Below are positions 53,165 to 63,710 of a stretch of 64,000 nucleotides of DNA, in pieces (position 1 is the stretch's first letter; every line of letters begins with the position of its first letter). The translations under genes and the position numbers were made by a program. The stretch is from Candidatus Eiseniibacteriota bacterium. Its GTDB lineage: Bacteria; Eisenbacteria; RBG-16-71-46; JABDJR01. The stretch is from assembly GCA_963783375.1 (NCBI GenBank), contig CAWANH010000029.1, positions 1,184,001 to 1,248,000 on the forward strand, given 5' to 3'. Under the pieces are notes generated by a model. It ran no database searches and was not told where the DNA came from. It saw nothing but the letters and a program-made list of their open reading frames with translations.

Positions 53165-54130
53165 TCATCGCGCGGTCGTGGTGGAGTCCTCCAGGAGGAG
53201 CGCCGCCGACCCCAGAAGCCCTGCATCGGTTCCGAGTCCCGCGGGGAGAATCTCCGGGGGCGACTGCCGGGCCACCAGAGATCGCCGCATCAGGTGCTCG
53301 CGGGCGGGATCGAAGAGGAGCGCTCCCGCCTGGGCCACCCCGCCGCCGATCACCACCCGCCGGGGGTTGAATATGTTGACCAGGGTCACCAGGAGGCCGC
53401 CCAGGGCATGTCCCACGTTCTCCATCACCTCCCGGGCCACCCGGCTTCCCTGATGGGCGGCCTCGGTCAGGACCTCCGGGGTGAGGGGATCCGCCCCGGA
53501 GAGGAGCGCGTCCCGGGCGAAGCCCGGATGGCGCTTCGCCGCCTTCACGATGTCCTTGTTCCCTACATACCGCTCCGCGCAGCCCCGGTTCCCGCAGGTA
53601 CACTCGATGCCGTCCAGGACCAGGGTGGCATGGCCGGGCTCGCCGGCGAAACCGTCGGCCCCGCGCACCAGTTCCCCGTTCACGATGAATGCCCCGCCGA
53701 TGCCCGTCCCCAGGGTGAGGAACACCATGTGGGGAAGCCGCTCCCCCGCCCCCCATCGCCACTCGGCCAGGGAGAAGGTGTTGACGTCGTTGTCCACCCG
53801 GGCGGGGAGCCCGAGACGATCGCTCAGGGCCTTTCCGAGGGCGAAGTTCTCCCATTTGGGAAGGTTGGGGGAGAACTGCACAAGCCCCTGGTCGCAGTTC
53901 ACCAGCCCCGCGCACCCTGCTCCCACCCCTTCCGCCTTCTCCCATCCCGCCCGGCCGAGGAGCCCACGGAGCTTCTCCGCCACCTCGTCCAGAACCTCTT
54001 CGCGATCGCGGTCGGCGTGGTTGTGGATCGCGTCGGAGGCGGCCAGGCGGGCGGTCTCGTCGATCTCCACCGCCCCCAGCTTGATCCCCGTCCCGCCAAC
54101 GTCCACGCCGAAGATACGACGTGCGGCCAC
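53165..54130 (-). CDS. ROK-family sugar kinase (glucokinase-like)
   Basis: GVDVGGT, DNDVN, LGTGIGG, GEPGH, CTCGNRGCAE. Confidence 0.92.
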   Translation of the reverse strand: MAARRIFGVDVGGTGIKLGAVEIDETARLAASDAIHNHADRDREEVLDEVAEKLRGLLGRAGWEKAEGVGAGCAGLVNCDQGLVQFSPNLPKWENFALGKALSDRLGLPARVDNDVNTFSLAEWRWGAGERLPHMVFLTLGTGIGGAFIVNGELVRGADGFAGEPGHATLVLDGIECTCGNRGCAERYVGNKDIVKAAKRHPGFARDALLSGADPLTPEVLTEAAHQGSRVAREVMENVGHALGGLLVTLVNIFNPRRVVIGGGVAQAGALLFDPAREHLMRRSLVARQSPPEILPAGLGTDAGLLGSAALLLEDSTTTAR

Positions 54131-54132
54131 GC

Positions 54133-55248
54133 TCAGGCCTCCGCCGCGACGGGGTCGTGGTGGAGCAGGCTGGCCCCGCTCTCCGGATCGAACAGGTGGG
54201 CGCGGCCCGAGTCGAGCTTCAGCCGGTAGCGGATCCCGATCTTCGGGAGGAGCTGCGGACCGATCCGGGCCAGGAGGTAACCTCCCTCGAAATCGCTGTG
54301 GAGGAAGATCTCGTTACCCATCGGCTCCACCACCCGGGCGGACACGACCACCGTGCCCGGTCCCCCGTCGCTCCCGTCGGCTTCGCCGACCAGCTCCAGG
54401 TCCTCGGGACGGATGCCCAGGACCGCGGGGCCGGTGCGGGATCGGGCCGGGGCCAGCCGCTCGACCAGGGGGGCGGTGAAGCCCGGGCCCACGAACGCGC
54501 CGTCCTCGAGCTTCCCTTCCACGAAATTCATGGCCGGGGAACCGATGAACGAGGCCACGAAGCGGTTCACCGGGTCGTTGTAGAGGGTGAGCGGCGGGGC
54601 CACCTGCTGGAGTACCCCCTCCTTCACCACCGCGATCCGGTCGGCCATGGTCATGGCCTCCACCTGGTCGTGGGTGACGTAGATCATGGTGGCGTCGAGA
54701 TCGTGGTGGAGCTTGGAGATCTCGGTCCGCATCTGGACCCGGAGCGCCGCGTCCAGGTTCGAGAGCGGCTCGTCGAAGAGGAACACCGCGGGCTGGCGCA
54801 CGATGGCCCGGCCCAGGGCCACGCGCTGGCGCTGGCCGCCGGAGAGCGCCTTGGGCTTCCGGTCCAGGTAGGCGGTGAGCCCCAGCAGCTCCGCCGCCTG
54901 ATCCACCCGGCGGGCTATCTCGTCCTTCTTGAACTTGCGGAGCTTCAGGCCGAAACCCATGTTGTCCCGCACCGTCATGTGGGGATACAGGGCGTAGGAC
55001 TGGAAGACCATGGCGATGTCGCGGTCCTTGGGGGCGACGTCGTTCACCACCCGGTCGGCGATCAGGAGTTTCCCCGAGGTGACCTCCTCGAGTCCCGCCA
55101 CCATCCGGAGCAGCGTGGACTTGCCGCACCCCGAGGGACCCACCAGCACCATCAGCTCCTTGTCCTGGACGTCCAGGCTGGCGTCCTTCACCGCCGTCAC
55201 CCCGCCGGGGTAGACCTTGGTCACGTTCTCGAAACGCACCCCTGCCAC
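54133..55248 (-). CDS. MalK/UgpC/MsmX-type sugar ABC transporter ATPase
   Basis: [46 protein letters not shown] start at 55248 with GGAGG. Confidence 0.93.
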   Translation of the reverse strand: MAGVRFENVTKVYPGGVTAVKDASLDVQDKELMVLVGPSGCGKSTLLRMVAGLEEVTSGKLLIADRVVNDVAPKDRDIAMVFQSYALYPHMTVRDNMGFGLKLRKFKKDEIARRVDQAAELLGLTAYLDRKPKALSGGQRQRVALGRAIVRQPAVFLFDEPLSNLDAALRVQMRTEISKLHHDLDATMIYVTHDQVEAMTMADRIAVVKEGVLQQVAPPLTLYNDPVNRFVASFIGSPAMNFVEGKLEDGAFVGPGFTAPLVERLAPARSRTGPAVLGIRPEDLELVGEADGSDGGPGTVVVSARVVEPMGNEIFLHSDFEGGYLLARIGPQLLPKIGIRYRLKLDSGRAHLFDPESGASLLHHDPVAAEA

Positions 55249-55256
55249 GTTGCCTC

Positions 55257-56267
55257 CTAGGAATCTCGGGAATGGGTATCGACTTCGGCCTCCGCGGCGT
55301 TCCGCCCGCCGTCGGGGGCCTCCGGGTCCGGACCCGGGGGAAGCCCGTTGCCGCCCCCCGGTCTCCGGCGCTCGACCGGAACCGGCGCCGACGGCTCGGC
55401 CAACGCGAACCCCGGCTTCGAGCGGAGCCCGTCGCCGAACGTCCTGAGAATCAGGGCGGTGGTGGCGCGAAGCTCGGAGCGCGGGGTGATCCGGTCCACG
55501 AACCCGTGCTGGAGCAGGAACTCCGACCGTTGGAATCCGGGGGGAAGCTCCTGGGCCACCGTCTCCCGGATGACCCGGGGACCGGCGAAACCGATCAACG
55601 CCCCGGGCTCGGCCAGGATCACGTCGCCGAGCTGGGCGAAGCTCGCGGTGACCCCGCCGGTGGTGGGGTCGGTGAGGATCGAGATGTAGGGGATCCGCTG
55701 GTCGAGCATGCGGGCCAGTAGAACGCTGGTCTTGGCCATCTGCATGAGGGAGAGAATCCCTTCCATCATGCGCGCGCCGCCCGAGGCCGAGACGATGATG
55801 AGGGGGGTCCTCTGCTCGAGGCACCGCCGGGCGGCCCGGGCGATCTTCTCCCCCACCGCGCTGGCCATGCTCCCCCCGATGAAGCTGAAGTCCATGGCTC
55901 CCAGCACCACCGGCAGCCCCTCCAGGGTTCCGGTCCCGGTGAGGATGGCCTCGCCCAGGCCGGTCTTCCGGCGGGCGTCGGCCAGGCGATCGGTGTAGCG
56001 CTTGGAGTCCTTGAACCCCAGGGGATCCACGGAAACCACCCCGGCGTCGATCTCCTGGAAACTTCCCTCGTCGAGGAGGATCTCGGTGTAGCGGCGGGCC
56101 CCGATCCGGAAATGGAACCCACACTTCGGACAGACGTGGAGGTTTCGCTCCAGCTCCTTGAAGTAGAGGATCTCCCCGCAGCCCTCGCACTTCACCCACA
56201 AGCCGTCGGGAACCTCGCGGGAGCCTCCGCCCTGGGGGCGCGTGTTCTCGCGTTTCAGCCAGGACAT
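55257..56267 (-). CDS. accD: Acetyl-CoA carboxylase carboxyltransferase beta subunit
   Basis: [12 protein letters not shown] zinc finger, [22 protein letters not shown]. Confidence 0.96.
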   Translation of the reverse strand: MSWLKRENTRPQGGGSREVPDGLWVKCEGCGEILYFKELERNLHVCPKCGFHFRIGARRYTEILLDEGSFQEIDAGVVSVDPLGFKDSKRYTDRLADARRKTGLGEAILTGTGTLEGLPVVLGAMDFSFIGGSMASAVGEKIARAARRCLEQRTPLIIVSASGGARMMEGILSLMQMAKTSVLLARMLDQRIPYISILTDPTTGGVTASFAQLGDVILAEPGALIGFAGPRVIRETVAQELPPGFQRSEFLLQHGFVDRITPRSELRATTALILRTFGDGLRSKPGFALAEPSAPVPVERRRPGGGNGLPPGPDPEAPDGGRNAAEAEVDTHSRDS

Positions 56268-56767
56268 CAGTCGCGCTTCCCTTTCCAGGGCGGGATCCAT
56301 CCCCGCTCCTCCAGCGGCCTCACCATGACCAGGGCGTCCTCGCGGTTGTCCCGGTAATAGCCTTTTCGCACGTCAAAGGTGTAGAAACCGTTCTTGAGAT
56401 AGAGCGCCTGGGCCGCCCGGTTCGATCGTCGCACTTCCAGGAGGATCCGCACCGAGTCCCGCCGGAGCGCCTCGTCCACCAGCTCCTTGAGCATACGCTC
56501 GGCCAATCCCCGCCGACGTCCCCACGGCGCCACGGCCACGTTGGCCAGGTGGGCCTCGTCGGCCACGAACCACGCCACCATGTAGGCCATCACCTCGCCG
56601 TCGGGGCCCTCCACCGCCACCCGGGGCCAGCTCGCGCTCCCCCCTTCCACTTCGTGGCGGAAGGACGCCTCGGACCAGGGGTCGGGAAAGATCGTCCGCT
56701 CCAGGCGGGCCACCGCCTCCAGGTCCGAAAACCGCATCCGCCGGGTCAGGAGTTCGGTCGTGCTCAC
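56267..56767 (-). CDS. rimI: Ribosomal protein S18 alanine N-acetyltransferase
   Basis: [30 protein letters not shown]; GTGA-coupled to tsaB. Confidence 0.88.
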   Translation of the reverse strand: MSTTELLTRRMRFSDLEAVARLERTIFPDPWSEASFRHEVEGGSASWPRVAVEGPDGEVMAYMVAWFVADEAHLANVAVAPWGRRRGLAERMLKELVDEALRRDSVRILLEVRRSNRAAQALYLKNGFYTFDVRKGYYRDNREDALVMVRPLEERGWIPPWKGKRD

Positions 56768-57435
56768 GTGCGTCGTGGCCGGGCGTCCGCGGCACGCGCG
56801 TACCGCGGGACCGGCGCCTCCCGGGTCCCGGCGGCCAGCGCCCGTTCGCCGAGCCTCGCCGCGGCGATCGCCCGGGCCGCGCCCCCGGGAACGCAGCGAG
56901 CCGGTCCGTCCTCCGGCCACAACCGCTCTCCGCCGTCTCCGGCGAGGAGGCTCCCCGGCGGCGGCGGCGGACCCGGCTCCGAAACCCGAACCAGATGTTC
57001 CGCCTCCTCGGGGACCGGGCCTTCCGGCCCCACCTGGTACCGCGCGAGGACGACCTCCCCGCGCCGCACGTCGGCGGCGGAAACGATGTAAGCCCCTATG
57101 GGGGGTGACGTTGCATCGTAGCAGGCACGGGCGAGGATGTCGAGACACCCCACACCCGCGGCCGGGATCCCCGAGGCGCTGGAAAGTCCCAGGGCGGCGG
57201 CCACCCCCACCCGGATCCCGGTGAACGACCCCGGACCCACGTTCACCGCCACCAGGTCCAGTTCGTCGACCCCGCGCTCCGCTTCCTGGAGCAACGCGAG
57301 CACGGCCGGAACCACCGCCTCGGCGTGCCGCCCCCGTTCGCCCAGATCGCGCGTCCGAGGCTCCGTCCCCGCCCCCAACAGCGCCACCCCCCCGTGGCCC
57401 GACGCGGTATCGACCCCCAGGATCAGGCGGCTCAC
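56764..57435 (-). CDS. tsaB: t6A biosynthesis protein TsaB
   Basis: ILGVDTA, HAE, GPGSFTGIRVG. Confidence 0.9.
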   Translation of the reverse strand: MSRLILGVDTASGHGGVALLGAGTEPRTRDLGERGRHAEAVVPAVLALLQEAERGVDELDLVAVNVGPGSFTGIRVGVAAALGLSSASGIPAAGVGCLDILARACYDATSPPIGAYIVSAADVRRGEVVLARYQVGPEGPVPEEAEHLVRVSEPGPPPPPGSLLAGDGGERLWPEDGPARCVPGGAARAIAAARLGERALAAGTREAPVPRYARAADARPRRT

Positions 57436-57896
57436 CGCGCCTCCTCCGGGGTCGCGCCCACCGCGCCGGCCAGACGTCCGAGCAGCCCGCCCGAGCCGCG
57501 GATCACCAGCCGCCGATGCTCGGGGGCCGGCTCCTCGAACCGGACGGTCACTGCAGCCTCGGGGGCCAGGGGGCCCGCCCGCTCGCCCCATTCCACCACC
57601 GTGACCCCGGGGCCGTCGAAGAGGTCGTCCACCCCCAGCTCCTCCACGTCCCGGAGCTCGCCGACCCGGTAGAGGTCGAGATGGTGGAGGAGGAGCCGGC
57701 CGGGATAGGTGAGGAGGAGGGCGAAGGTCGGGCTCTTGACCCCGTGCTCCACTCCCAGGCCCCGGGCCAACCCCCGGACCAGGGTGGTCTTTCCCGCCCC
57801 CAGATCGCCCTGGAGGAGGAGCACGTCGCCGGACGCCAGGACCCGGCCCCAGGCCTCGCCGATAGCCTCGGTGCGGTCGGGGCCGTCGCTGGTCAC
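57432..57896 (-). CDS. tsaE: t6A biosynthesis ATPase TsaE
   Basis: GDLGAGKTT, SPTF, HLDLYR, VEW. Confidence 0.94.
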   Translation of the reverse strand: MTSDGPDRTEAIGEAWGRVLASGDVLLLQGDLGAGKTTLVRGLARGLGVEHGVKSPTFALLLTYPGRLLLHHLDLYRVGELRDVEELGVDDLFDGPGVTVVEWGERAGPLAPEAAVTVRFEEPAPEHRRLVIRGSGGLLGRLAGAVGATPEEAR

Positions 57897-57913
57897 CGCG
57901 AACGACCGTCCGC

Positions 57914-59476
57914 CTAGCGCGGTCTCAGGATCACGCAGGGGAGAATCACCTCCTCCATGGTCACGCCGCCGTGCTGGAAGGAGTTCTTGTACAGGCGCTC
58001 GTACTCATGGAAGTTGGTCGGGTAGACGAAGTAGTAGTCCTCCCGGGCCAGGATGTAGTTCTTGTTGAGGAAGTCGTCGGGAAGCCCCCACTCCTCGGGC
58101 TTCCTGATCAGGATCGCTTCCTTGTCCTCGCCGCGGAGGTTCACCCCGTGCTTGTGGCGGAGGTTGGTGCTGGTCTCCCGGTTCCCGTACACCAGGGTGG
58201 AGCGGCGGGCCTGGACCGCGCCGTGATCGCTGGTGAGGATCACGGTGGCGTTCTGTCCGGACACGTGCTTCAGCACGTCGGCCAGCACCGAGTGGCTGTA
58301 CCACGACTCGAGGAGGGAGCGGAACGCGGCCTCGTCGGGGGCCAGCTCGCGGAGCACCCGGCTCTCCGAGCGGCCGTGGGTGAGCTGGTCCAGGAAGTTG
58401 AACACGAAGGTGACGAAGGGAATCCCCGAATAGGTGGAGATCTGGCGGCGAAGCGCCTGCTCTTCCTGCTCGGTGAACACCCGGTGGTACTTGAAGTTCA
58501 GCCCGCCGTGACCCAGCCGGGCCAGGTGCTCGGCCAGGAACTCCTCCTCGAAGCGGTTCCGTCCCTTCCCCGGGCCCGGGCGCTCCTCCCACCGGTCCGG
58601 GTGGCGGCGGGCCAGCTCGGCGGGAAACATTCCCGAGAACATCGCGTTCCGGGAGTAGGGCGTGGCGGAGGGGAGCACCGAGTAGTAGAGGTGCTGCTCG
58701 GCGCGGAAGAGCGGCTCCACGTGGGGCTTGAGCGCCAGCCACTGATCGAGCCGCATGCAGTCCAGGACGATCAGGTAGACCGATCGTCCGTCGGCCAGCT
58801 CCGGGGCCACGAAGCGGGGAAAGATGTTGCAGGAGAGCGCGGGGCGCTGGTCGGGCTTGGCCTCCACCCACCCCGGATAGTGGTTCTCGATGAATCGGGC
58901 GAACTCGCGATCCATCTCCCGCTTCATGTCGAGGTGGGCCTGGCGAAGCCCCACGTCCTCGATCGAAAACAGCTCCAGCTCCAGCTCGCACACCTTCCGA
59001 TAGATCTCCAGCCAATCGTCCCGGTCGAGGGGTTCCATCCGGCGCTGCTGGAGGCGGTTGAACTCGCCCACGTAGTCCCGGGTGAACCGGCCTTCCTGGA
59101 TCTTGGTCCCTTCGGTCACCCGCTTGATGGTGAGGAGTACCTGGCTCGGGTGGACCGGCTTCACCAGGTAGTCCCGGATGCGAAGCCCGATGGCCTCCTC
59201 CATCAGGGTCTCCTCCTCGCTCTTGGTGACCAGAACCACCGGAACCGCGGCGTCCACGTCCTGGATCGCCTCCAGGGTGGCCAGCCCACCCATTCCCGGC
59301 ATCATCTCGTCCAGGAGCACCACGTCGAAGGACTCCTCCTTCACCCGGGCCAGGGCGTCCTCGCCGTTGCTGACCGCAACCACCTCGTACCCCTTCCCTT
59401 CCAGGAAACGGATGTGCGGCTTCAGGAGATCGATCTCGTCGTCGGCCCAGAGAACGCGGCGTTTGGTCTCGGACAT
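57914..59476 (-). CDS. PorX-like response regulator (REC plus PglZ/alkaline-phosphatase-like domain)
   Basis: LWADDEIDLLKPHI, LDEMMPG, TKSEEE, LPSATPYSRNA, TSDHG, TNLR, FQHGG. Confidence 0.88.
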   Translation of the reverse strand: MSETKRRVLWADDEIDLLKPHIRFLEGKGYEVVAVSNGEDALARVKEESFDVVLLDEMMPGMGGLATLEAIQDVDAAVPVVLVTKSEEETLMEEAIGLRIRDYLVKPVHPSQVLLTIKRVTEGTKIQEGRFTRDYVGEFNRLQQRRMEPLDRDDWLEIYRKVCELELELFSIEDVGLRQAHLDMKREMDREFARFIENHYPGWVEAKPDQRPALSCNIFPRFVAPELADGRSVYLIVLDCMRLDQWLALKPHVEPLFRAEQHLYYSVLPSATPYSRNAMFSGMFPAELARRHPDRWEERPGPGKGRNRFEEEFLAEHLARLGHGGLNFKYHRVFTEQEEQALRRQISTYSGIPFVTFVFNFLDQLTHGRSESRVLRELAPDEAAFRSLLESWYSHSVLADVLKHVSGQNATVILTSDHGAVQARRSTLVYGNRETSTNLRHKHGVNLRGEDKEAILIRKPEEWGLPDDFLNKNYILAREDYYFVYPTNFHEYERLYKNSFQHGGVTMEEVILPCVILRPR

Positions 59477-59669
59477 CGGGTCACCACCTGACGGGTTGCG
59501 GGGAAAATGCGATGCCTGGTTCTGATCGTGCCGGACGGGGTGTATCAAGATTTCATAGGTGGAGTTCAATGATACGCGTTCGCGGGGCGCCCGGTCCACC
59601 GTGGAGGGGGCGCCGGCTCCCGCCGGCGGCCGAGCCGCGAAGATCCCTCGCGGGACCGCGCGGCGGCGG

Positions 59670-60965
59670 TCAGGCCCCGGCCGGCGCGGCGGGGAGGATC
59701 ATCGTGAACTCCGCCCCCGCCCCCGGCTCGGACCAGGTGAGATCGAGGCGGCCCCGGTGGTACTCCTCCACGATCCGGCGGGAGAGGGGAAGGCCGAGCC
59801 CCCAGCCCCGCTGGCGGGTGCTCACCCCGGGCCGGAAGATCTGGCGCTCCAGGCCGGCGCTCACCCCCCGGCCGTTGTCCCGGACGCTCAACGCGATCCC
59901 CTGGGCGCCGGGAAGCGGGTGCACCCGGACCTCGACCATCCCCGCCTCCTTGTCCGCCGCGTTCAGGGCGTTCTTGAGGAGGTTCTCCAGGACCCAGCCG
60001 ATCAGCTCGTGGTTGAGGGCGGCCTCGGGAAGGCCGGGCTCGATCTCCAGCCGAAGCTCCACCTGCCGGGGGAACCGGCGACGGAAATAGTCCACCGTGC
60101 TCTGAACCACCGGTTCGATCGAACCCCGCTCGAGCCGGGGGTGGGACCCGATCTGGCTGAAACGGGCGGCCACCCGGTTCAGCCGCTCTGCGTCGCGACC
60201 GATCTCCTTCACGATCTCCTCGTAGAGATCGCGGGGCACGATCGCCTCGGTCTCCTCCACCCGGGTCTCGTCCTTCAGCACCTCCATCCACCCCATGAGC
60301 GAGGACAGCGGCGTCCCCATCTGGTGGGCGGTCTCCTTGGCCATCCCCGCCCAGATGAACCCCTGCTCCGCCCGCTTCAGGCTCCGGAGCATGAGGAGCC
60401 CCACGATCCCGAACAGCGCGGCCACCAGGATGGTCACGATGGGGATCAGCCGGAGTTCCTCCACCAGGGGCGTCGGGCCGTAGTGGAGGTAGAGGAGCGG
60501 GATCTGGCTGCCCGGGGTGAACATGGGGACCGGGGCGTGGCGCCGATCCATGTTCCGGGTCTCGGCCAGGACGTGGGCCAGGGGCGGGCTCGGATGCTCG
60601 GGATCCTCGGTCAGGATCTGATCGATGCTCAAGGTCTCGGCCCCCACCCGTTTGTTCCAGGCCAGGGGAAGCCCGTTCACGTCGGTCACCACCACCGGAA
60701 AGTTGAGGGAGCGGATGACCGCCTGGAACTGGTCCTGGGCCAGGGAGTCGGGGGACTCCTTGACCGCCAACGTGGTGAAGGCGATGACGTGGGTGACCAG
60801 GTCGCTCATCGCCTCGGTCTGGTCCTCGACGCGCAACGCGAGGCTATGGAAGTAGAGGAGCAGGGCGACGGCGAGGACCACCGCCCCCACCAGGAGGTAC
60901 ACCCTGAGGAAGACCGGCGGGGACAGGCGGGCGGCGCCGAGGCGCTTCGGCGCGCGGGAACTCAT
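59670..60965 (-). CDS. Membrane sensor histidine kinase, PorY-like
   Basis: Two TMs; WAGMAKETAHQMGTPLSSL H-box; WVLENLLKNA, DNGRG, GWGLGL..RIVEEYH. Confidence 0.88.
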   Translation of the reverse strand: MSSRAPKRLGAARLSPPVFLRVYLLVGAVVLAVALLLYFHSLALRVEDQTEAMSDLVTHVIAFTTLAVKESPDSLAQDQFQAVIRSLNFPVVVTDVNGLPLAWNKRVGAETLSIDQILTEDPEHPSPPLAHVLAETRNMDRRHAPVPMFTPGSQIPLLYLHYGPTPLVEELRLIPIVTILVAALFGIVGLLMLRSLKRAEQGFIWAGMAKETAHQMGTPLSSLMGWMEVLKDETRVEETEAIVPRDLYEEIVKEIGRDAERLNRVAARFSQIGSHPRLERGSIEPVVQSTVDYFRRRFPRQVELRLEIEPGLPEAALNHELIGWVLENLLKNALNAADKEAGMVEVRVHPLPGAQGIALSVRDNGRGVSAGLERQIFRPGVSTRQRGWGLGLPLSRRIVEEYHRGRLDLTWSEPGAGAEFTMILPAAPAGA

Positions 60966-62233
60966 CCCAGTTCCGCGAGGCCCCCCAGGTAGGGCCGCAG
61001 GGGCTCGGGGACGGCGACCGTGCCCCGTTCGGTCTGGTGGGTTTCGAGAAGCGCGATCATCGTGCGCGGGAGCGCCAGCCCCGACCCGTTCAGGGTGTGG
61101 GGATAGACCGCCTTCCCTCCGCCGGCCGGCTTCATCCGGATCCCCGCCCGGCGGGCCTGGAAGTCCTCGAAGTTGGAGCAGGAAGAGACCTCGAGCCAAC
61201 GGCCGGCCCCGGGGGCCCAGACCTCCAGATCGCAGCACTTGGCCGCGGCGAAGGAGAGGTCGCCGCTGGCCAGAACCACCACCCGGTAGGCCAGGCCCAG
61301 GCGGCGGAGCACCTCCTCGGCGTTCGCGATCAGGATCTCCAGCTCGTCGTAGGAGCGGTCGGGAGAGACGAACCTCACCATCTCGACCTTGTCGAACTGG
61401 TGGATCCGGGTGAGGCCTTTGGTGTCCTTGCCGTAGGAGCCGGCCTCGCGCCGGAAGCAGGGCGAGTAGCCCACGTGGCGGATCGGGAGGTCCTCCTCGC
61501 GAAGGGTGTCCCCGGCGTAGAGGTTGGTGATGCTTACCTCGGCGGTGGGAATCAGGTAGAGCCCGTCCACGTCGGTCCGGTACATGTCCTCGGCCAGCTT
61601 GGGAAGCTGGCCGGTGCCCCGCGCGCTCTCCGGCTTCACCAGGTAGGGCGTCGAGACCTCGGTGTAGCCGTGCTCCGCGGCGTGGAGATCGAGCATGAAC
61701 TGGATGAGCGCCCGCTCCAGCCGGGCCCCCATGCCGGTGAACACCGCGAACCCCGAGCCGCTCATGCGGGTGGCCTTCTCGAAGTCGAAGAGGCCGAGGG
61801 ACGCGCCCAGAACGTCGTGGGGCCGCGCGGGAAAGGGGTGCTCGACCGGCTCGCCCCAGGTGCGAAGGACCTGATTGTGACTCTCGTCCCCCCGGGGCAC
61901 GCTCTCGTGGGGGAGGTTCGGGAACCACTGGGCCAGGTCGGCCATCGCCTCGTCGGTCTCCCGGATCCGGTCGTCGAGGCGGCGGATCTCCTCCCCCATC
62001 TCCCGCACCCGCTCCTGCTGGGCCGAGGCGTTTCCCCCCGCCTTCATGAGCGCCCCGATTTCCTTGCTCGCGGTGTTCCGCGCCGCCTTCAGCTCCTCGA
62101 CCAGGGTTACCCGCTCCCGGCGCTCGGCATCCAGGGCGAGCCAGCGGTCGACGTCGGCGTTCGACTGGTTCTTGGCCCGGGCCGCTTCCTTCACCCGGTC
62201 GGGTTCGTTGCGGATGAGCTTGGGATCGAGCAT
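60962..62233 (-). CDS. serS: Serine--tRNA ligase
   Basis: MLDPKLIR, GTGQLPK, LIPTAEV, CFRREAGS, HQFDKVE, EVSSCSN, HTLNGSGLA. Confidence 0.97.
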   Translation of the reverse strand: MLDPKLIRNEPDRVKEAARAKNQSNADVDRWLALDAERRERVTLVEELKAARNTASKEIGALMKAGGNASAQQERVREMGEEIRRLDDRIRETDEAMADLAQWFPNLPHESVPRGDESHNQVLRTWGEPVEHPFPARPHDVLGASLGLFDFEKATRMSGSGFAVFTGMGARLERALIQFMLDLHAAEHGYTEVSTPYLVKPESARGTGQLPKLAEDMYRTDVDGLYLIPTAEVSITNLYAGDTLREEDLPIRHVGYSPCFRREAGSYGKDTKGLTRIHQFDKVEMVRFVSPDRSYDELEILIANAEEVLRRLGLAYRVVVLASGDLSFAAAKCCDLEVWAPGAGRWLEVSSCSNFEDFQARRAGIRMKPAGGGKAVYPHTLNGSGLALPRTMIALLETHQTERGTVAVPEPLRPYLGGLAELG

Positions 62234-62354
62234 CGGTTCCTCGAAGTGGGTCGGCGTCGTCGGATCCGGATCACCCCCGGGCCCGGTCACGGTGGCCGGC
62301 CACGGTATCACAGGGCCTCCGGAGGGTCAATTTTGGGCGAGTTCCCGGGGTATG

Positions 62355-62388
62355 AAAAGGCGGGAGGGCCCGTGGGGGCCCCCCCGCC
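62355..62388 (-). terminator. Intrinsic terminator downstream of the lipoprotein gene
   Basis: Minus strand GGCGGGGGGGCCC-CCAC-GGGCCCTCCCGCC followed by TTTT. Confidence 0.7.
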
Positions 62389-62489
62389 GCTTGTCGATCT
62401 CCGACCGATCCGGTCCGGCCTTTTCCCGGACCCGCGGCGGCGGCGGGCATCTGCTCCTCCTCGCCGCGCGGTCTCATGATTTGCTCGGG

Positions 62490-63455
62490 CTAGAGTTCCG
62501 GATTCGGGACCGGCTTGAACCGGCCGAAGTCGTCGATGAGCTGGAACGCATAGGTGAACTTGATCCGGTTGAGCGGCACGGTGCCGCCTCCGGTCTTGGC
62601 CACGCTCACGTTCTTGGTGAACTCGGTCACCCGGATCTTCACCCAGTGCCCGTCGAATAGATGGAGGGCGTAGCTGTGGTCGTAGATGACGTCCACGGTC
62701 TGGGCCATGCTTGCGGTGTCGGGCGCCACCGCGGTGTTCCACGCCGTCTCCCCCGCGCCCAGGTCCTTGAACAGGGTCCGGTGCTCCACCGGCCAGGTGA
62801 TCTGGGCAAGCTGGGCCGGGCTCACGAACTGGCTTCCGTTGTCCGTGGAGTTGGGCTTCTCGGCCATGAAGAAGTCGACCTGGTTCTGGTTCGATTGGCT
62901 GGTGGTGTAGTCCAGCCCGGTCCCGTTCGACCGGTCCCAACCGAAGGCGCTGGGGGTGACGGTGAGCAGCGAGAAGTCGAACATGAGGTGGGCGGTGACC
63001 GATCCGTTGTCGCCCTCCGGGCGGGGCGAGGTCAGGAGTTCGTTGGACGCGATGCTCACCCGGTCGTCCTCGCGAACGGTGCGGACGTGGATGTAGTACT
63101 TCCGCCCCTGCGCCAGGGACGCGCCGCTGTGGAGGCGATCCACGGTGAAGCTGCGTCCGGTGACGATGCTGGAGTTGGCCTGGCGCGCCAGGAGGAACCC
63201 GCTGGTGGTGGTGTCGGTCACGCCGGCGATGGACACCGTGTCCACGTAGACGTTGTAGCCCTTGAACCGGCCCGAGGACTCGAAGGGGCTGGCGTTCCAG
63301 GTCAGCATCACCGAGGTGGCGCCGTTCACCATGGTCAGGTTGGTCGGCGGCGCCAGCTCGTCCGAAGGACGGATGGGGTTGTCCTCGCAGCCCAAGGCTG
63401 CGACGGTCATGGCGCCCACGGTGAGTATCAGAAGAAGAGGTTTCAAACCTCGCAT
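62490..63455 (-). CDS. Lipoprotein with an FN3-like N-terminal domain
   Basis: ALGC lipobox; APPTNL..LTW..GYNVY..YYIHVR FN3 pattern. Confidence 0.7.
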   Translation of the reverse strand: MRGLKPLLLILTVGAMTVAALGCEDNPIRPSDELAPPTNLTMVNGATSVMLTWNASPFESSGRFKGYNVYVDTVSIAGVTDTTTSGFLLARQANSSIVTGRSFTVDRLHSGASLAQGRKYYIHVRTVREDDRVSIASNELLTSPRPEGDNGSVTAHLMFDFSLLTVTPSAFGWDRSNGTGLDYTTSQSNQNQVDFFMAEKPNSTDNGSQFVSPAQLAQITWPVEHRTLFKDLGAGETAWNTAVAPDTASMAQTVDVIYDHSYALHLFDGHWVKIRVTEFTKNVSVAKTGGGTVPLNRIKFTYAFQLIDDFGRFKPVPNPEL

Positions 63456-63710
63456 CGGGGGGACTCCTTTCAGACAGATGATCGATTCGAATCAGAGCAC
63501 TAATGCGATTACGGCTTCGCACTCCCCCGGATGATCAGGGGGTGAATGCGGACTCGGCCCTCCGCAATTGCTGGGTCAACAGGGTCAAGGCTACCAACGG
63601 GTTGGCAAAGGGGCAAGGGGGGCGCCGAGGCCCCGGCGCGGGGGGCACGGCGGCGGGGTCTCCCGGGCGCCCTTCTCCCCCGGACGGGCGGCGGGAGGGT
63701 GGGCCCGGAA

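Noticed and set aside
60962-62233. Functional link between serS and the selenoprotein
   Set aside because: SerRS does charge tRNA-Sec, but it is a housekeeping gene 13 kb away and no sel genes are in the window.
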